Below the pieces are notes generated by a model. It was not told the DNA's origin. It did no database searches and worked only from the letters and a program-made list of their open reading frames with translations. A stretch of DNA of 38,342 nt. Origin: a virus. Lineage: Duplodnaviria > Caudoviricetes. Of this stretch, positions 8,718 through 17,758 are shown one piece after another (position 1 is the first letter of the stretch; the number at the start of each line of letters is the position of its first letter). Location: positions 1-38,342 of IMG/VR virus record IMGVR_UViG_3300029183_000012; one strand, given 5' to 3'. The position numbers and the translations under genes were made by a program.

Positions 8718-10510
8718 AAAAACTTACTACCCTTGTCACTTTGTTACTGCTGACACCACTTGCGGATGCGGGTCAAACCTTTATCAGAGAGTATGGAAGG
8801 GCATCGACTATCTCGTTCGACCTGTTTGCCACAGACGGCACGATTTCAATTTCGGAAAGCGATGGTGGTACGGATGCGCAGGTATTTTGTGGGCACACCG
8901 ATGAGACAGGGACGGACTCCAACTCGGATTATGAGGATGAGGGCAGGCGTTACTCGCTTGCGTTAACTGCGGAAGAGCTTGAGTGTGATCCGTTAATCAT
9001 CCAGGTCGATGCCACTGTCTATGAGAACTTATACGTTGAGACCTGTGGCTCTCCTAATGCGACGCACATGCTGTGTCCCGGTGGTGGGTACTTGACGGGT
9101 GGCACATCTACCTCAGCTTCTAACACCACGACCCAAACGCAATTGGATACGTCATTGAGTTTTGCCGATGGCGATTTAGTTGGGTATTTGATCTGTCAAG
9201 TCGAGGATGTTACCAGCGGTGACCCCAAAGGGCAGTGCAAGCCAATCACCGTTTATGCAGGCACATCGGATACTGCTACGCACGCGGCGTTCATTTCGGC
9301 GCTTCCCCAGAACGGCGAGTACATTGTTAAAGATGACCCACGAAGCGTCCAGGTCTGCGACGCGAGCGGCATATGCGAAGTCAATGTGGTTGAGATTGAG
9401 GACCTAGGCGCTACCGCTCAGATCACGGAGTACGCCGATAACGTCAGCTCGATGGATGCTGGCGTTATCACATCGTCTGTCTTTGAAACTGGCGCTATTG
9501 ATGCTAATGCAGCCGCAACAAACTTCATTGGTTCGGACGAACTTGCGGATGCAGCAGCTCAAAAGATCATCGACGAGTTCGAAACACAGAGTCAGGCTGA
9601 CCCGACAGGCTTCCAAGTCAATGTGAAAGAAGTCGACGATACGGCTCAGACAGGTAACGACAATGGCGCTGACATCAACGCGATTCTTGCTGACACAAAT
9701 GAACTGCAAACCGACGACATACCTGGCGACATAGCGGCTCTCAATGATTTGAGTGCGGCTGAGGTGAACGCAGAGGTCGATACGGGGCTTTCGGATATCC
9801 ACCTCGATCACTTATTTGCAGTCGCGTTCGACTCAGCCTCACCGCCGGGAAGTGCCACATCGTTCTACAACGAGCTAACCGAGAATGATGGCGGGTTAAC
9901 GCGATTCACGGCAAATGCACTTGAGCAGGGTCCTTCGGGAGGTGGCGGCGGCGCGTCTGCTGCTGCAATTGCCGACGCTGTTTGGGATGAACTTCAAAAT
10001 GAACACGCGACAGCAGGTTCTTTTGGAGAGACGGCTACAGAAATCGCTTCGATTCTTGACGATACCGGTACGTCCGGTGTAGCGCTTACACCGAACTCCA
10101 TCACTTCAGGAATTATCGCAGCAAACGCGATCGGTGCGTCAGAGATTGCGGATGATGCGATAGGTGCAGGAGAGATAGCTGCAGATGCAATAGGTGCTTC
10201 AGAAATAGCATCAAATGCGATAGGGTCTCCCGAAATCGCGGCGGACGCAATTGGTTCGTCCGAGTTGGCTGAAAGCGCGAGCACTGAAATTTGGGGAATA
10301 TCTTGTGAAGATCAAGGATCAGGATATTCATGTCGAGAAGTTATGAGCTTACTACTGGCTGAAGCAATGGGCACTTGCACATACACTACGGGCACTAGAA
10401 CGTGGTCTTGCGCCGATCCTTCGGGCGGCGAGACACGCTTCACGCTTATCTACGGGACGGACCTTGACGGCGACAGAACCTCGTCTACGCCAACTCCGTT
10501 TACTCCGTAA
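8714..10510 (+). CDS. Secreted fibre-like protein with 10-aa AIGASEIAxD repeats
   Basis: Signal peptide MKKLTTLVTLLLLTPLADA. 12 Cys. AIADAVWDE motif and decapeptide repeats. C-terminal DGDRT domain shared with 4014-5120. Confidence 0.75.
   Translation: MKKLTTLVTLLLLTPLADAGQTFIREYGRASTISFDLFATDGTISISESDGGTDAQVFCGHTDETGTDSNSDYEDEGRRYSLALTAEELECDPLIIQVDATVYENLYVETCGSPNATHMLCPGGGYLTGGTSTSASNTTTQTQLDTSLSFADGDLVGYLICQVEDVTSGDPKGQCKPITVYAGTSDTATHAAFISALPQNGEYIVKDDPRSVQVCDASGICEVNVVEIEDLGATAQITEYADNVSSMDAGVITSSVFETGAIDANAAATNFIGSDELADAAAQKIIDEFETQSQADPTGFQVNVKEVDDTAQTGNDNGADINAILADTNELQTDDIPGDIAALNDLSAAEVNAEVDTGLSDIHLDHLFAVAFDSASPPGSATSFYNELTENDGGLTRFTANALEQGPSGGGGGASAAAIADAVWDELQNEHATAGSFGETATEIASILDDTGTSGVALTPNSITSGIIAANAIGASEIADDAIGAGEIAADAIGASEIASNAIGSPEIAADAIGSSELAESASTEIWGISCEDQGSGYSCREVMSLLLAEAMGTCTYTTGTRTWSCADPSGGETRFTLIYGTDLDGDRTSSTPTPFTP
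10127..10276 (+). repeat. Five 30-bp coding repeats (AIGASEIADD type)
   Basis: AIGASEIADD AIGAGEIAAD AIGASEIASN AIGSPEIAAD AIGSSELAES, with synonymously diverged codons. Confidence 0.85.
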
Positions 10511-10857
10511 TGGCTAACACTCCTGGGCAACCTGAAGGACACACTCCTGGCGGTCACACGCCAGGAGGTCACTCACCTTCATCGTCTTCGTCTCCGGGCG
10601 TAGATGCAGGAGATGTGCATTTTCCGGATAAACACTTTCCAGATAGACACTTTCACGGTCGGCACTTTCCAGGCGCAGCGGCCACTGGTGGTGGCGGGAT
10701 GCAACCGGTATCTGGAAGAAAACCGGTAGCCAGGAAGATCAGCGTACGTTCGGTTTCATTTGCATTGTCGGGGCTGGAGCGAGAATACCCGGTGTATCAA
10801 TTTTCACGACGCGCATTTTTTGAGCGTACGGGTCACAACCCTTTTGACGGTTTATGA
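10510..10857 (+). CDS. Small His-rich repeat protein (GHTPG and HFPxx repeats), cassette-terminal
   Basis: TAATG-coupled. QPEGHTPGGHTPGGHSP and HFPDKHFPDRHFHGRHFPG. Confidence 0.7.
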   Translation: MANTPGQPEGHTPGGHTPGGHSPSSSSSPGVDAGDVHFPDKHFPDRHFHGRHFPGAAATGGGGMQPVSGRKPVARKISVRSVSFALSGLEREYPVYQFSRRAFFERTGHNPFDGL

Positions 10858-11051
10858 GGAAGAAAGATTTTCTACTTATCCTTGAAAACCCAACAGGCGT
10901 AGTTCAGGAATATGAGCGCCGCATTGATGAACCTTGGCATGCAAGATGGAAACGGTTGACCGGTGTCATGCCGAAAATTAAAGAGAAAAAATCGGTAAAA
11001 AATGCAGACCCTTCGAGAGGCCGCATTCTTTCAGCGGCTAAAGTGAGGTAG
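10854..11051 (+). CDS. Small basic hypothetical protein
   Basis: ATGA overlap with the previous gene. Fills the gap before terS. Confidence 0.5.
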   Translation: MRKKDFLLILENPTGVVQEYERRIDEPWHARWKRLTGVMPKIKEKKSVKNADPSRGRILSAAKVR

Positions 11052-11061
11052 ACACAAAGTA

Positions 11062-11883
11062 ATGCTTAAGCCGGCAGGAAAAGTTGCAAGAAAACATGCA
11101 TTCGATTGGATGGACGAAGACAATACTTCGAAAGTCGTTCGACGTGACAAGGTGGAAGGCGCAACGTTGCGAACTAAACGTAAACGTTTAGGTCATCGAC
11201 AAGCCTTACAACGTCGAACCATGACGGATTTATTGTGGAAGCGATATCTAGAACACACATCGAACGGGCATACTAGAAAGCAATGCGCTGATGCGTGCAA
11301 AGTCACTCAAGAAACGGTCGAAGCGTATCTCATTCATAACGTGGCAGCTATAAAAGAGCTGCACGAAGCCGAGCAAGTATGGCTCAGACGCAACTGGAAT
11401 TACGATCAAATAGATGAAATTTTGAATCTTGTCTCTAGCGGAAGCACTGTTAAAGCAGCTTGCGAAGCGCACGGTTACAGTGAAAAAGATCGGCTTAAGT
11501 TTTTTCAATTAGTTCGTAAAGATAAAACACTTCGCGATTGGTACGACATTGCTCGTGAAATGCAAGCTGAGAGCTGGATGGATGATTCAATAGATATTGC
11601 CGATAACACCAATGACAAATTGATAGACGCCAAAGGTGTAGAGCGAGTTGATCACGGCATGGTGCAACGTGATCGACTTCGGATAGACACGCGTTGGCGA
11701 ACTATGGGTGCGCTAAATCGTAAACGTTTTGGCGAGCACAAACACATTGATCATGGTGGTGAAATTGCCGTCAACCATTCAGTTATTTTAGCGAACGCAA
11801 GAAAACGTCTTGAAAAAGTTCGTGGTACTACGATCGAAGGCGAAGCGACGCCTGTCGACACTGGAACAAAACAATCTCAATGA
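11062..11883 (+). CDS. terS: Terminase small subunit (Sf6 gp1-like) with N-terminal extension
   Basis: YDIAREMQAESWMDDSIDIAD...VQRDRLRIDTRWRTMGALNRKRFG is the typical TerS core. Immediately upstream of terL. Confidence 0.8.
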   Translation: MLKPAGKVARKHAFDWMDEDNTSKVVRRDKVEGATLRTKRKRLGHRQALQRRTMTDLLWKRYLEHTSNGHTRKQCADACKVTQETVEAYLIHNVAAIKELHEAEQVWLRRNWNYDQIDEILNLVSSGSTVKAACEAHGYSEKDRLKFFQLVRKDKTLRDWYDIAREMQAESWMDDSIDIADNTNDKLIDAKGVERVDHGMVQRDRLRIDTRWRTMGALNRKRFGEHKHIDHGGEIAVNHSVILANARKRLEKVRGTTIEGEATPVDTGTKQSQ

Positions 11884-13376
11884 GTTCATCAGCTCACAGC
11901 GTGGAAAAAGTCGAGTATCAGGAATGGTCGTCTGACGAATTTATAACGCCAAGTCAGTTTGAAAAACAATTGACTGTTGATATGGCTAAATTTTACGACG
12001 ATTTTCACGGTTTCGTGATGTACGCATTTCCGTGGAAAGAAAAAGGCACAGAACTTGAAGAACATTCAGGTCCGGATAAATGGCAGAAAGCACAACAAGA
12101 TCGAGTTAGCAAAGCTATTAAACGCGATCCTGAAGGCACCATACGCGAAGCTATTGCATCAGGGCACGGTATCGGCAAGTCAGCAGAAGTTGCTTGGATC
12201 ATTTTGTGGGCTATGTCGACACGCCCCCACCTAGCGGGAGTAATAACTGCGAATACGACGACGCAGCTAACCACTAAAACATGGCGTGAACTAGCGTTGT
12301 GGCATAAACGAACGATCAATGCTCATTGGTTCAAATGGACAGCAACAAAATTTTTCCATGTCGATCATCCTGAGACGTGGGCTTGCAACGCAACACCTAA
12401 CACTGAGCACAATTCGGAAGCGTTTGCAGGTCTTCACGGAACTCACGTATTGATCATATATGACGAAGCATCTGGCATCCCCGATAAAATTTGGGAAGTG
12501 TCTGAAGGCGCTATGACTGATCCACGAGCCATGTGGTTCGTGTACGGAAACCCGACAAAGAACACCGGTAAGTTCCGAGAAATATTTACCGACGATGCGC
12601 GCTGGACGACGCACAACATTGACAGTCGTTCATGCAAGATGACAAATAAAAAAGAAATCAACGAACAAATTGCTGAATACGGAGAAGATAGTGATTTCTG
12701 TCGAGTCCGAATTAAAGGTCAGTTCCCCCGTGCAGGCTCAATGCAGTTTATCGGATCAGACGTCTGCGACATGTGCATGCTCTACGAGGCTCCCTACGAA
12801 AGCTTTTTTCAGCTACCCATTGTACTTGGAGTGGATGTTGCACGTTTTGGTGAAGACAAAACCGTTATTGCCGTACGTCAGGGGCGAAAAGTTGTTGAGT
12901 TGGAACGATACCGGGATTTGGACACCATGCAGGTTGCGGCAAAAACGGTATCGGCTATCCGCAGATATAATCCGGCAGCGACTTTTGTCGATGGGGTTGG
13001 AATTGGAGCCGGAGTTGTTGACCGCTTACGGATGCTGGGACATGAAATCATTGAAGTCAACGCAGGCGTAAAACCGGATGACGACCTAACGTATTACAAC
13101 AAACGAGCGGAAATGTGGGATCGCATGCGCACGCAGATGCGAGACGGCATGGACTTACCCAATGACTCTGATCTTCGCAAAGCATTAATTGGTATTGAAT
13201 ACGGATTCGACGACAAAGAGCGTATGCGGCTTGAACGAAAACAAGATATGAAAAAACGCGGTTTGGAATCCCCAGACGACGGTGACGCCATAGCCTACAC
13301 GTATGCAGAGTTAATCGGCGATCATACTCAACGATATTTCGAACCTGATGATAACTTTGAGCCGGGAAGAATTTGA
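11880..13376 (+). CDS. terL: Terminase large subunit
   Basis: Walker A SGHGIGKS, Walker B LIIYDEA, motif III GNPT. Nuclease motifs GVDVARFGED and SPDDGDA. Confidence 0.95.
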   Translation: MSSSAHSVEKVEYQEWSSDEFITPSQFEKQLTVDMAKFYDDFHGFVMYAFPWKEKGTELEEHSGPDKWQKAQQDRVSKAIKRDPEGTIREAIASGHGIGKSAEVAWIILWAMSTRPHLAGVITANTTTQLTTKTWRELALWHKRTINAHWFKWTATKFFHVDHPETWACNATPNTEHNSEAFAGLHGTHVLIIYDEASGIPDKIWEVSEGAMTDPRAMWFVYGNPTKNTGKFREIFTDDARWTTHNIDSRSCKMTNKKEINEQIAEYGEDSDFCRVRIKGQFPRAGSMQFIGSDVCDMCMLYEAPYESFFQLPIVLGVDVARFGEDKTVIAVRQGRKVVELERYRDLDTMQVAAKTVSAIRRYNPAATFVDGVGIGAGVVDRLRMLGHEIIEVNAGVKPDDDLTYYNKRAEMWDRMRTQMRDGMDLPNDSDLRKALIGIEYGFDDKERMRLERKQDMKKRGLESPDDGDAIAYTYAELIGDHTQRYFEPDDNFEPGRI

Positions 13377-13377
13377 T

Positions 13378-13809
13378 ATGGGTAGAGTTCTCACACCGCG
13401 AGGTTACGGCGACACGATCACGGAAGACCATAACGAAATCTATTTAACAGATTCGCAAGATCAAAAGAAAGCGAAACTGGAGCAATGGATTGCTAAAAAG
13501 ATTGGTGAAGTGTTAGTTAAAAACTTTCCTAATAGACAATGGAAAGTAATTGTCGATTTGCCGGGACAAATGCTCATTGTAGCGTGTGACTCTATTTCGA
13601 ATGAAAAAGGTTATCACATAAAAATGGCGCATCGAAACATAGAAGAACTGCAACGTCGATCTATTTTTGCTGCATCTGAAATTCTTGAAAGACACAACAT
13701 TACTCGAAACAGAAAGTTCGATGCCGACATTATCGAAACGCTTCCACGAGATACGAAAGATAACGTGATTGCTTCTGATTCAGCACCGGAGCCTATTGAT
13801 GGCAACTGA
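13378..13809 (+). CDS. Hypothetical protein between terL and portal
   Basis: ATG at 13378 directly follows the terL stop and is preferred over 13348. Confidence 0.65.
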   Translation: MGRVLTPRGYGDTITEDHNEIYLTDSQDQKKAKLEQWIAKKIGEVLVKNFPNRQWKVIVDLPGQMLIVACDSISNEKGYHIKMAHRNIEELQRRSIFAASEILERHNITRNRKFDADIIETLPRDTKDNVIASDSAPEPIDGN

Positions 13810-16096
13810 TCAACAAATTCGTGGTAATGAAAACGTAGAATTTATGGAGCCGGGTCCAAATAAAAATATTGGCGGCAATCCGCAACACCCTACGTCACCT
13901 TCTGCAAGTCAACAACTTGAACAACAGATGGCGCCATACACCAATACACCTTTGGATAAGCCCCCTGGCGATACACCTTCTAGCGATCGTGCGGGCGGCG
14001 GCTTGTCAAGTGAAGGGCAAGACGAGCGCGTGCTTAAGGCTGAAGCGTGGTTAATTTCCAAAGCGAATGAAATATACACCGCTTCAACAGACTATCTCGA
14101 TTCCAATATTACGAACACATGGGAACGCAACCTTTCACATTTTAACAGTGAACATGCGCCGGCTAATAAGTTAAGCGATAAAAAGTTTAAACGTTCTCGC
14201 GTGTTTCGCCCTAAAACGCGCACGATGACAAAGGCTTCAGAGGCGGCATTAACCAATGCCATGTTTTCTACGACAGACGTAGTGGATATCCAACCTGAAG
14301 ACCCTTCTGATGTCGTGCAACGAGCATCAGCTGCAGTTAACAAAGAAGTATTGCAATATAGATTGACTCGAAGAATGCCGTGGTATCAAACAGTCATTGG
14401 CGCCTATCAGTCGACTAAGGTTTACGGCTTGTGTATCTCCATGCAGCATTGGGAGTATTTAGAAGACACGGACGTTACATTTGCGAATGACGCTGACGGC
14501 AATCTTATGCTCGACGAGCATGGTACGCCGATGGGTTATATCAAAACCATTGTCCGTAAAGATGAACTTCGATGCGACAACATAGCGCCTGAAAACTTTC
14601 GTTTTGATCCTATGTGTGATTGGCGCGATCCCGTCAACACGTCGCCGTACCTTGTATACATGATGCCGGTGTACGCGTTGACCGCCATGGAAAACATGGA
14701 GAAAACCGACCCCAAAACAAAACAACCGGTTTGGAAGAAACACTCTCTAGGGGCGCTACTGGCCACACGTCGCAAAAACTATGATCGAACACGTCAAGCT
14801 CGTGAAGGACGACAACGTATTGATCCTGCTGATGAACAGCATGGCAATGCGTATACGATGTTATGGGCGCACATGAACGTCGTCAATGTTAACGGCACTG
14901 ATATCATGTATTGGACTATGGGAACGGAATTACTACTCACTGATCCGATTCCTTTGGTAGAAGCATATCCGCATCTCGATGAAGGCGAACGACCTTTCAC
15001 GGTTGGCTTTTCAACGATCGAAGCATTTCGCAACTACCCTTCAGGCGATGTCGAACAATCAGCACCGCTGCAAGAAGAAATTAACGAAGTCGCTAATCAA
15101 CGTCTCGACAATGTTAAATTGGTGCTCAACAAACGCTATTACGTTCGTCGTGGAAGTCAGGTCGATCTTGACGCATTGATTCGAAATGTTCCTGGCGGTG
15201 GCGTGATGATGAATGATCCCGAAGGGGATGTTAAAACCGTCGAAACAAAAGACATCACGAGTTCTTCTTATCAAGAGCAAGATCGACTTTCGACAGAAAT
15301 GGATGAACTGGTCGGTTCGTTTTCACAACAATCGGTTCAGCAAACAGCGAATCGAAAAGGCGGGGAAACGAAAGGCGGTATGGACAAGGTTGCTTCTGGC
15401 GCCGGCGCTGTCCAAAACTACGGACTGCGCGTCTTCACGGAGACTTGGACGGAGCCGACACTCCGTCAGTTATTAAAACTTGTTCAGTATTACGAAAACG
15501 ACGAAGTCATCCTAGCACTGGCCGGCAAAAAAGCTGACTTGGTGCAGCGTTTCAAAATAGACAAAATCACTGATAGATTGCTTCGGCAAGATTTGACGAT
15601 TCGTGTCAATGTTGGCATGGGCAATGCTGATCCGGAAACACGTATTGAAAAATTACTATTCGGAATCAAAGCTACGGCAAGTTTGCCGGAAATGGCGGGC
15701 AAGCTTAAATCTGATGAAGTCTCTAATGAAATTTTCGGAATGCTTGGTTACAAAGATGCATCACGTTTCTATCGTGATGAACAAGAGCAAGCGGAGTACA
15801 TCAAAGCTAATCCGCCGCAACCTGATCCTGAAGTTGAACTTAAAAAACTTGAGTTGGATATTCGCAAACAAGACAATCAAGCACGTGATGTGCGCGAGAA
15901 CAAGAAATTGGAAAAAGAAGCTCAGATTGATTTTGCTAAACTGGCTATTGAAAAAGGATTTAAATACGACGATTTGATGATTAAACTTGGTATCAGTCAG
16001 AATCAAGATCGCACAAAACGAGACATTGCGGCGGCATCGAACATTACGAAAATAGATGAGATGCGCCTAAAACGAGAAACTGGTTCTGGAATTTAA
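13799..16096 (+). CDS. Portal protein
   Basis: Position after terL. RSRVFRPKTR, NIAPENFRFDP and LQEEINEVANQRLDNVKL motifs, plus a C-terminal coiled coil, as in P22/N4-type portals. GGAG precedes ATG 13799. Confidence 0.9.
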   Translation: MATDQQIRGNENVEFMEPGPNKNIGGNPQHPTSPSASQQLEQQMAPYTNTPLDKPPGDTPSSDRAGGGLSSEGQDERVLKAEAWLISKANEIYTASTDYLDSNITNTWERNLSHFNSEHAPANKLSDKKFKRSRVFRPKTRTMTKASEAALTNAMFSTTDVVDIQPEDPSDVVQRASAAVNKEVLQYRLTRRMPWYQTVIGAYQSTKVYGLCISMQHWEYLEDTDVTFANDADGNLMLDEHGTPMGYIKTIVRKDELRCDNIAPENFRFDPMCDWRDPVNTSPYLVYMMPVYALTAMENMEKTDPKTKQPVWKKHSLGALLATRRKNYDRTRQAREGRQRIDPADEQHGNAYTMLWAHMNVVNVNGTDIMYWTMGTELLLTDPIPLVEAYPHLDEGERPFTVGFSTIEAFRNYPSGDVEQSAPLQEEINEVANQRLDNVKLVLNKRYYVRRGSQVDLDALIRNVPGGGVMMNDPEGDVKTVETKDITSSSYQEQDRLSTEMDELVGSFSQQSVQQTANRKGGETKGGMDKVASGAGAVQNYGLRVFTETWTEPTLRQLLKLVQYYENDEVILALAGKKADLVQRFKIDKITDRLLRQDLTIRVNVGMGNADPETRIEKLLFGIKATASLPEMAGKLKSDEVSNEIFGMLGYKDASRFYRDEQEQAEYIKANPPQPDPEVELKKLELDIRKQDNQARDVRENKKLEKEAQIDFAKLAIEKGFKYDDLMIKLGISQNQDRTKRDIAAASNITKIDEMRLKRETGSGI

Positions 16097-16114
16097 CGGT
16101 AAAAGGAGTATGAC

Positions 16115-16444
16115 ATGGCTGTCCCGACACAGCTTTCAAATGTACGATTTAAAGATCAAAAGGAAAAAGATTTGTTTGACGAAGCGATGCTTGGTCAAGA
16201 AGTCAGGGAGTTTTTGAACGGCACGACAGGTCAATTTTTACATGAACGGGCTAAACTGGAACGAATGGAAGTGGCGGACGAAATATCGGAACTCGATCCG
16301 TATACTCCGGAAGGAAAGCGAAGGTTTGAAAAGCTGAAATTTAGAAAGATGTGTGCCGATAATTTTATGAAATGGTGTATTGAAGCAATCACGAACGGAC
16401 AAAATGCAGAAGTCCAATTAGATCAATATAGAGACGACGAGTAG
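16115..16444 (+). CDS. Small helical protein following the portal (head assembly region)
   Basis: AAGGAG RBS. 109 aa. Occupies the usual slot between portal and scaffold. Confidence 0.75.
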   Translation: MAVPTQLSNVRFKDQKEKDLFDEAMLGQEVREFLNGTTGQFLHERAKLERMEVADEISELDPYTPEGKRRFEKLKFRKMCADNFMKWCIEAITNGQNAEVQLDQYRDDE

Positions 16445-16456
16445 GAGAATCCGACA

Positions 16457-17728
16457 ATGTCAGACAAAGCTACCCAACCGGGCGCTGAAACGAAGAAAGA
16501 AGATGCAAATCTCAGTCCTGCTGAGATCGTCGCAAAGGCGTCACAGCGAAAATCAGCAAGAGATGAGATGTTGGAATCTCTTAGCGATCGTCAGGAAGAA
16601 GCTCGCAGACAGTACATAACTGAAGAACTTAAAAATGATCCAGGCGGCGCCGCGTTGCAAAAAGATATTGAGCAACAGCAAGCAGATAATCGTGCAGCAG
16701 CGGAAGCTGAAGGGTTGCTTGAGCCTTTGGAGAACGACGGCGCAGAAAGTGTGCAACCGATGCACGAACAGTCTGAAGAACCGGTTCGTGAGGATTTACT
16801 GAAAAACTTGCAAGATGATCCGTTGAAAGATTATATCATCATGCACGAAGACAAACCCATGTTCGTTACTAAAGTCAACGGCGAACAAACTCTAGTGCCT
16901 TTAGATGAAGCGCGTCGAAAACTGCAGATTCGCACGGCTGCAGAACTCGATTTACAAAACGCCCGTAAATTCAGTTCTGAAGTTGAAAAACGTAATGAAA
17001 CCCTAACTGCAAAAGAAAGAGCTTTTGAGGAACGGGTAAAGCAAGCTGAACAAGCACCACCAGAACCGGAAGTGATAACGCCGGAGCTGGATGAAAAAGA
17101 AATTCGACAGCGCGCGGAGCAATACGTGAAAACGTCTTTCTCCGGCACTGAAGAAGAAGCAACTTCGAGTCTAGTTGATTTGTTGTTGAACACGGCACCG
17201 AAAGTGACAGTACCAGCATCGCCTTCGCCTGCTATCGATATGAACGTGATTAGACAAGAAGCTAGGAATGCCGCTACTGAAGTAGTGTCTACTCGCGATG
17301 CTGAGAAGGATTTGGTGGAGGGTTACAACGCCTTTACTGAAAAATTTGAAGACATTGCGAACGACGAAAGGCTATTTCAAATGGCGGACAGCATGACAGA
17401 CGAAATTGCGAAGGAACACCCGGAATGGTCGACCAAGCAAGTTATGCTGGAAGCAGGAAAGCGTACAAGTGAGTGGGTCGAAAGTTTAAGAGGAACATCG
17501 TCTACCGGAAACGATGATGATGTAACCACGGATACTGAAGTGACTTCCGAACACACGCAACCTTCTGACACCCAAACTCGTCAACAACGGAAACAGAACT
17601 TGGTTCCAATTCCTGTAACGTCTCAAACGGCTGCACATTCTGAGCCTAAGAAGGAAGATGAAAATCGACCTCAGACGCCGCAAGAAGCGTTTCGGCAAGT
17701 ACGCGAAGCGCGGGGCCAACCTGTTTAA
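16457..17728 (+). CDS. Capsid scaffolding protein
   Basis: Acidic coiled coil with the TKVNGEQTLVPLDE scaffold-type motif. Directly upstream of the capsid gene. Confidence 0.75.
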   Translation: MSDKATQPGAETKKEDANLSPAEIVAKASQRKSARDEMLESLSDRQEEARRQYITEELKNDPGGAALQKDIEQQQADNRAAAEAEGLLEPLENDGAESVQPMHEQSEEPVREDLLKNLQDDPLKDYIIMHEDKPMFVTKVNGEQTLVPLDEARRKLQIRTAAELDLQNARKFSSEVEKRNETLTAKERAFEERVKQAEQAPPEPEVITPELDEKEIRQRAEQYVKTSFSGTEEEATSSLVDLLLNTAPKVTVPASPSPAIDMNVIRQEARNAATEVVSTRDAEKDLVEGYNAFTEKFEDIANDERLFQMADSMTDEIAKEHPEWSTKQVMLEAGKRTSEWVESLRGTSSTGNDDDVTTDTEVTSEHTQPSDTQTRQQRKQNLVPIPVTSQTAAHSEPKKEDENRPQTPQEAFRQVREARGQPV

Positions 17729-17758
17729 CTTTTAATATGTAACAAAGGAGGATCAGTT

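Noticed and set aside
381-10510. Left region is host chromosomal DNA flanking a prophage
   Set aside because: It is continuously coupled on one strand towards terS, has phage-type fibre repeats, shares the GHTPGGHSP gene with the right cassette, and shows no att site or integrase. It cannot be fully excluded without read mapping.
13769-13798. Longer ORF-track starts for the portal (13769) and for ORFs 13348, 19084, 19380 and 23182
   Set aside because: Downstream ATGs (13799, 13378, 19108, 19422, 23251) have RBSs or avoid overlap with the upstream gene or terminator.
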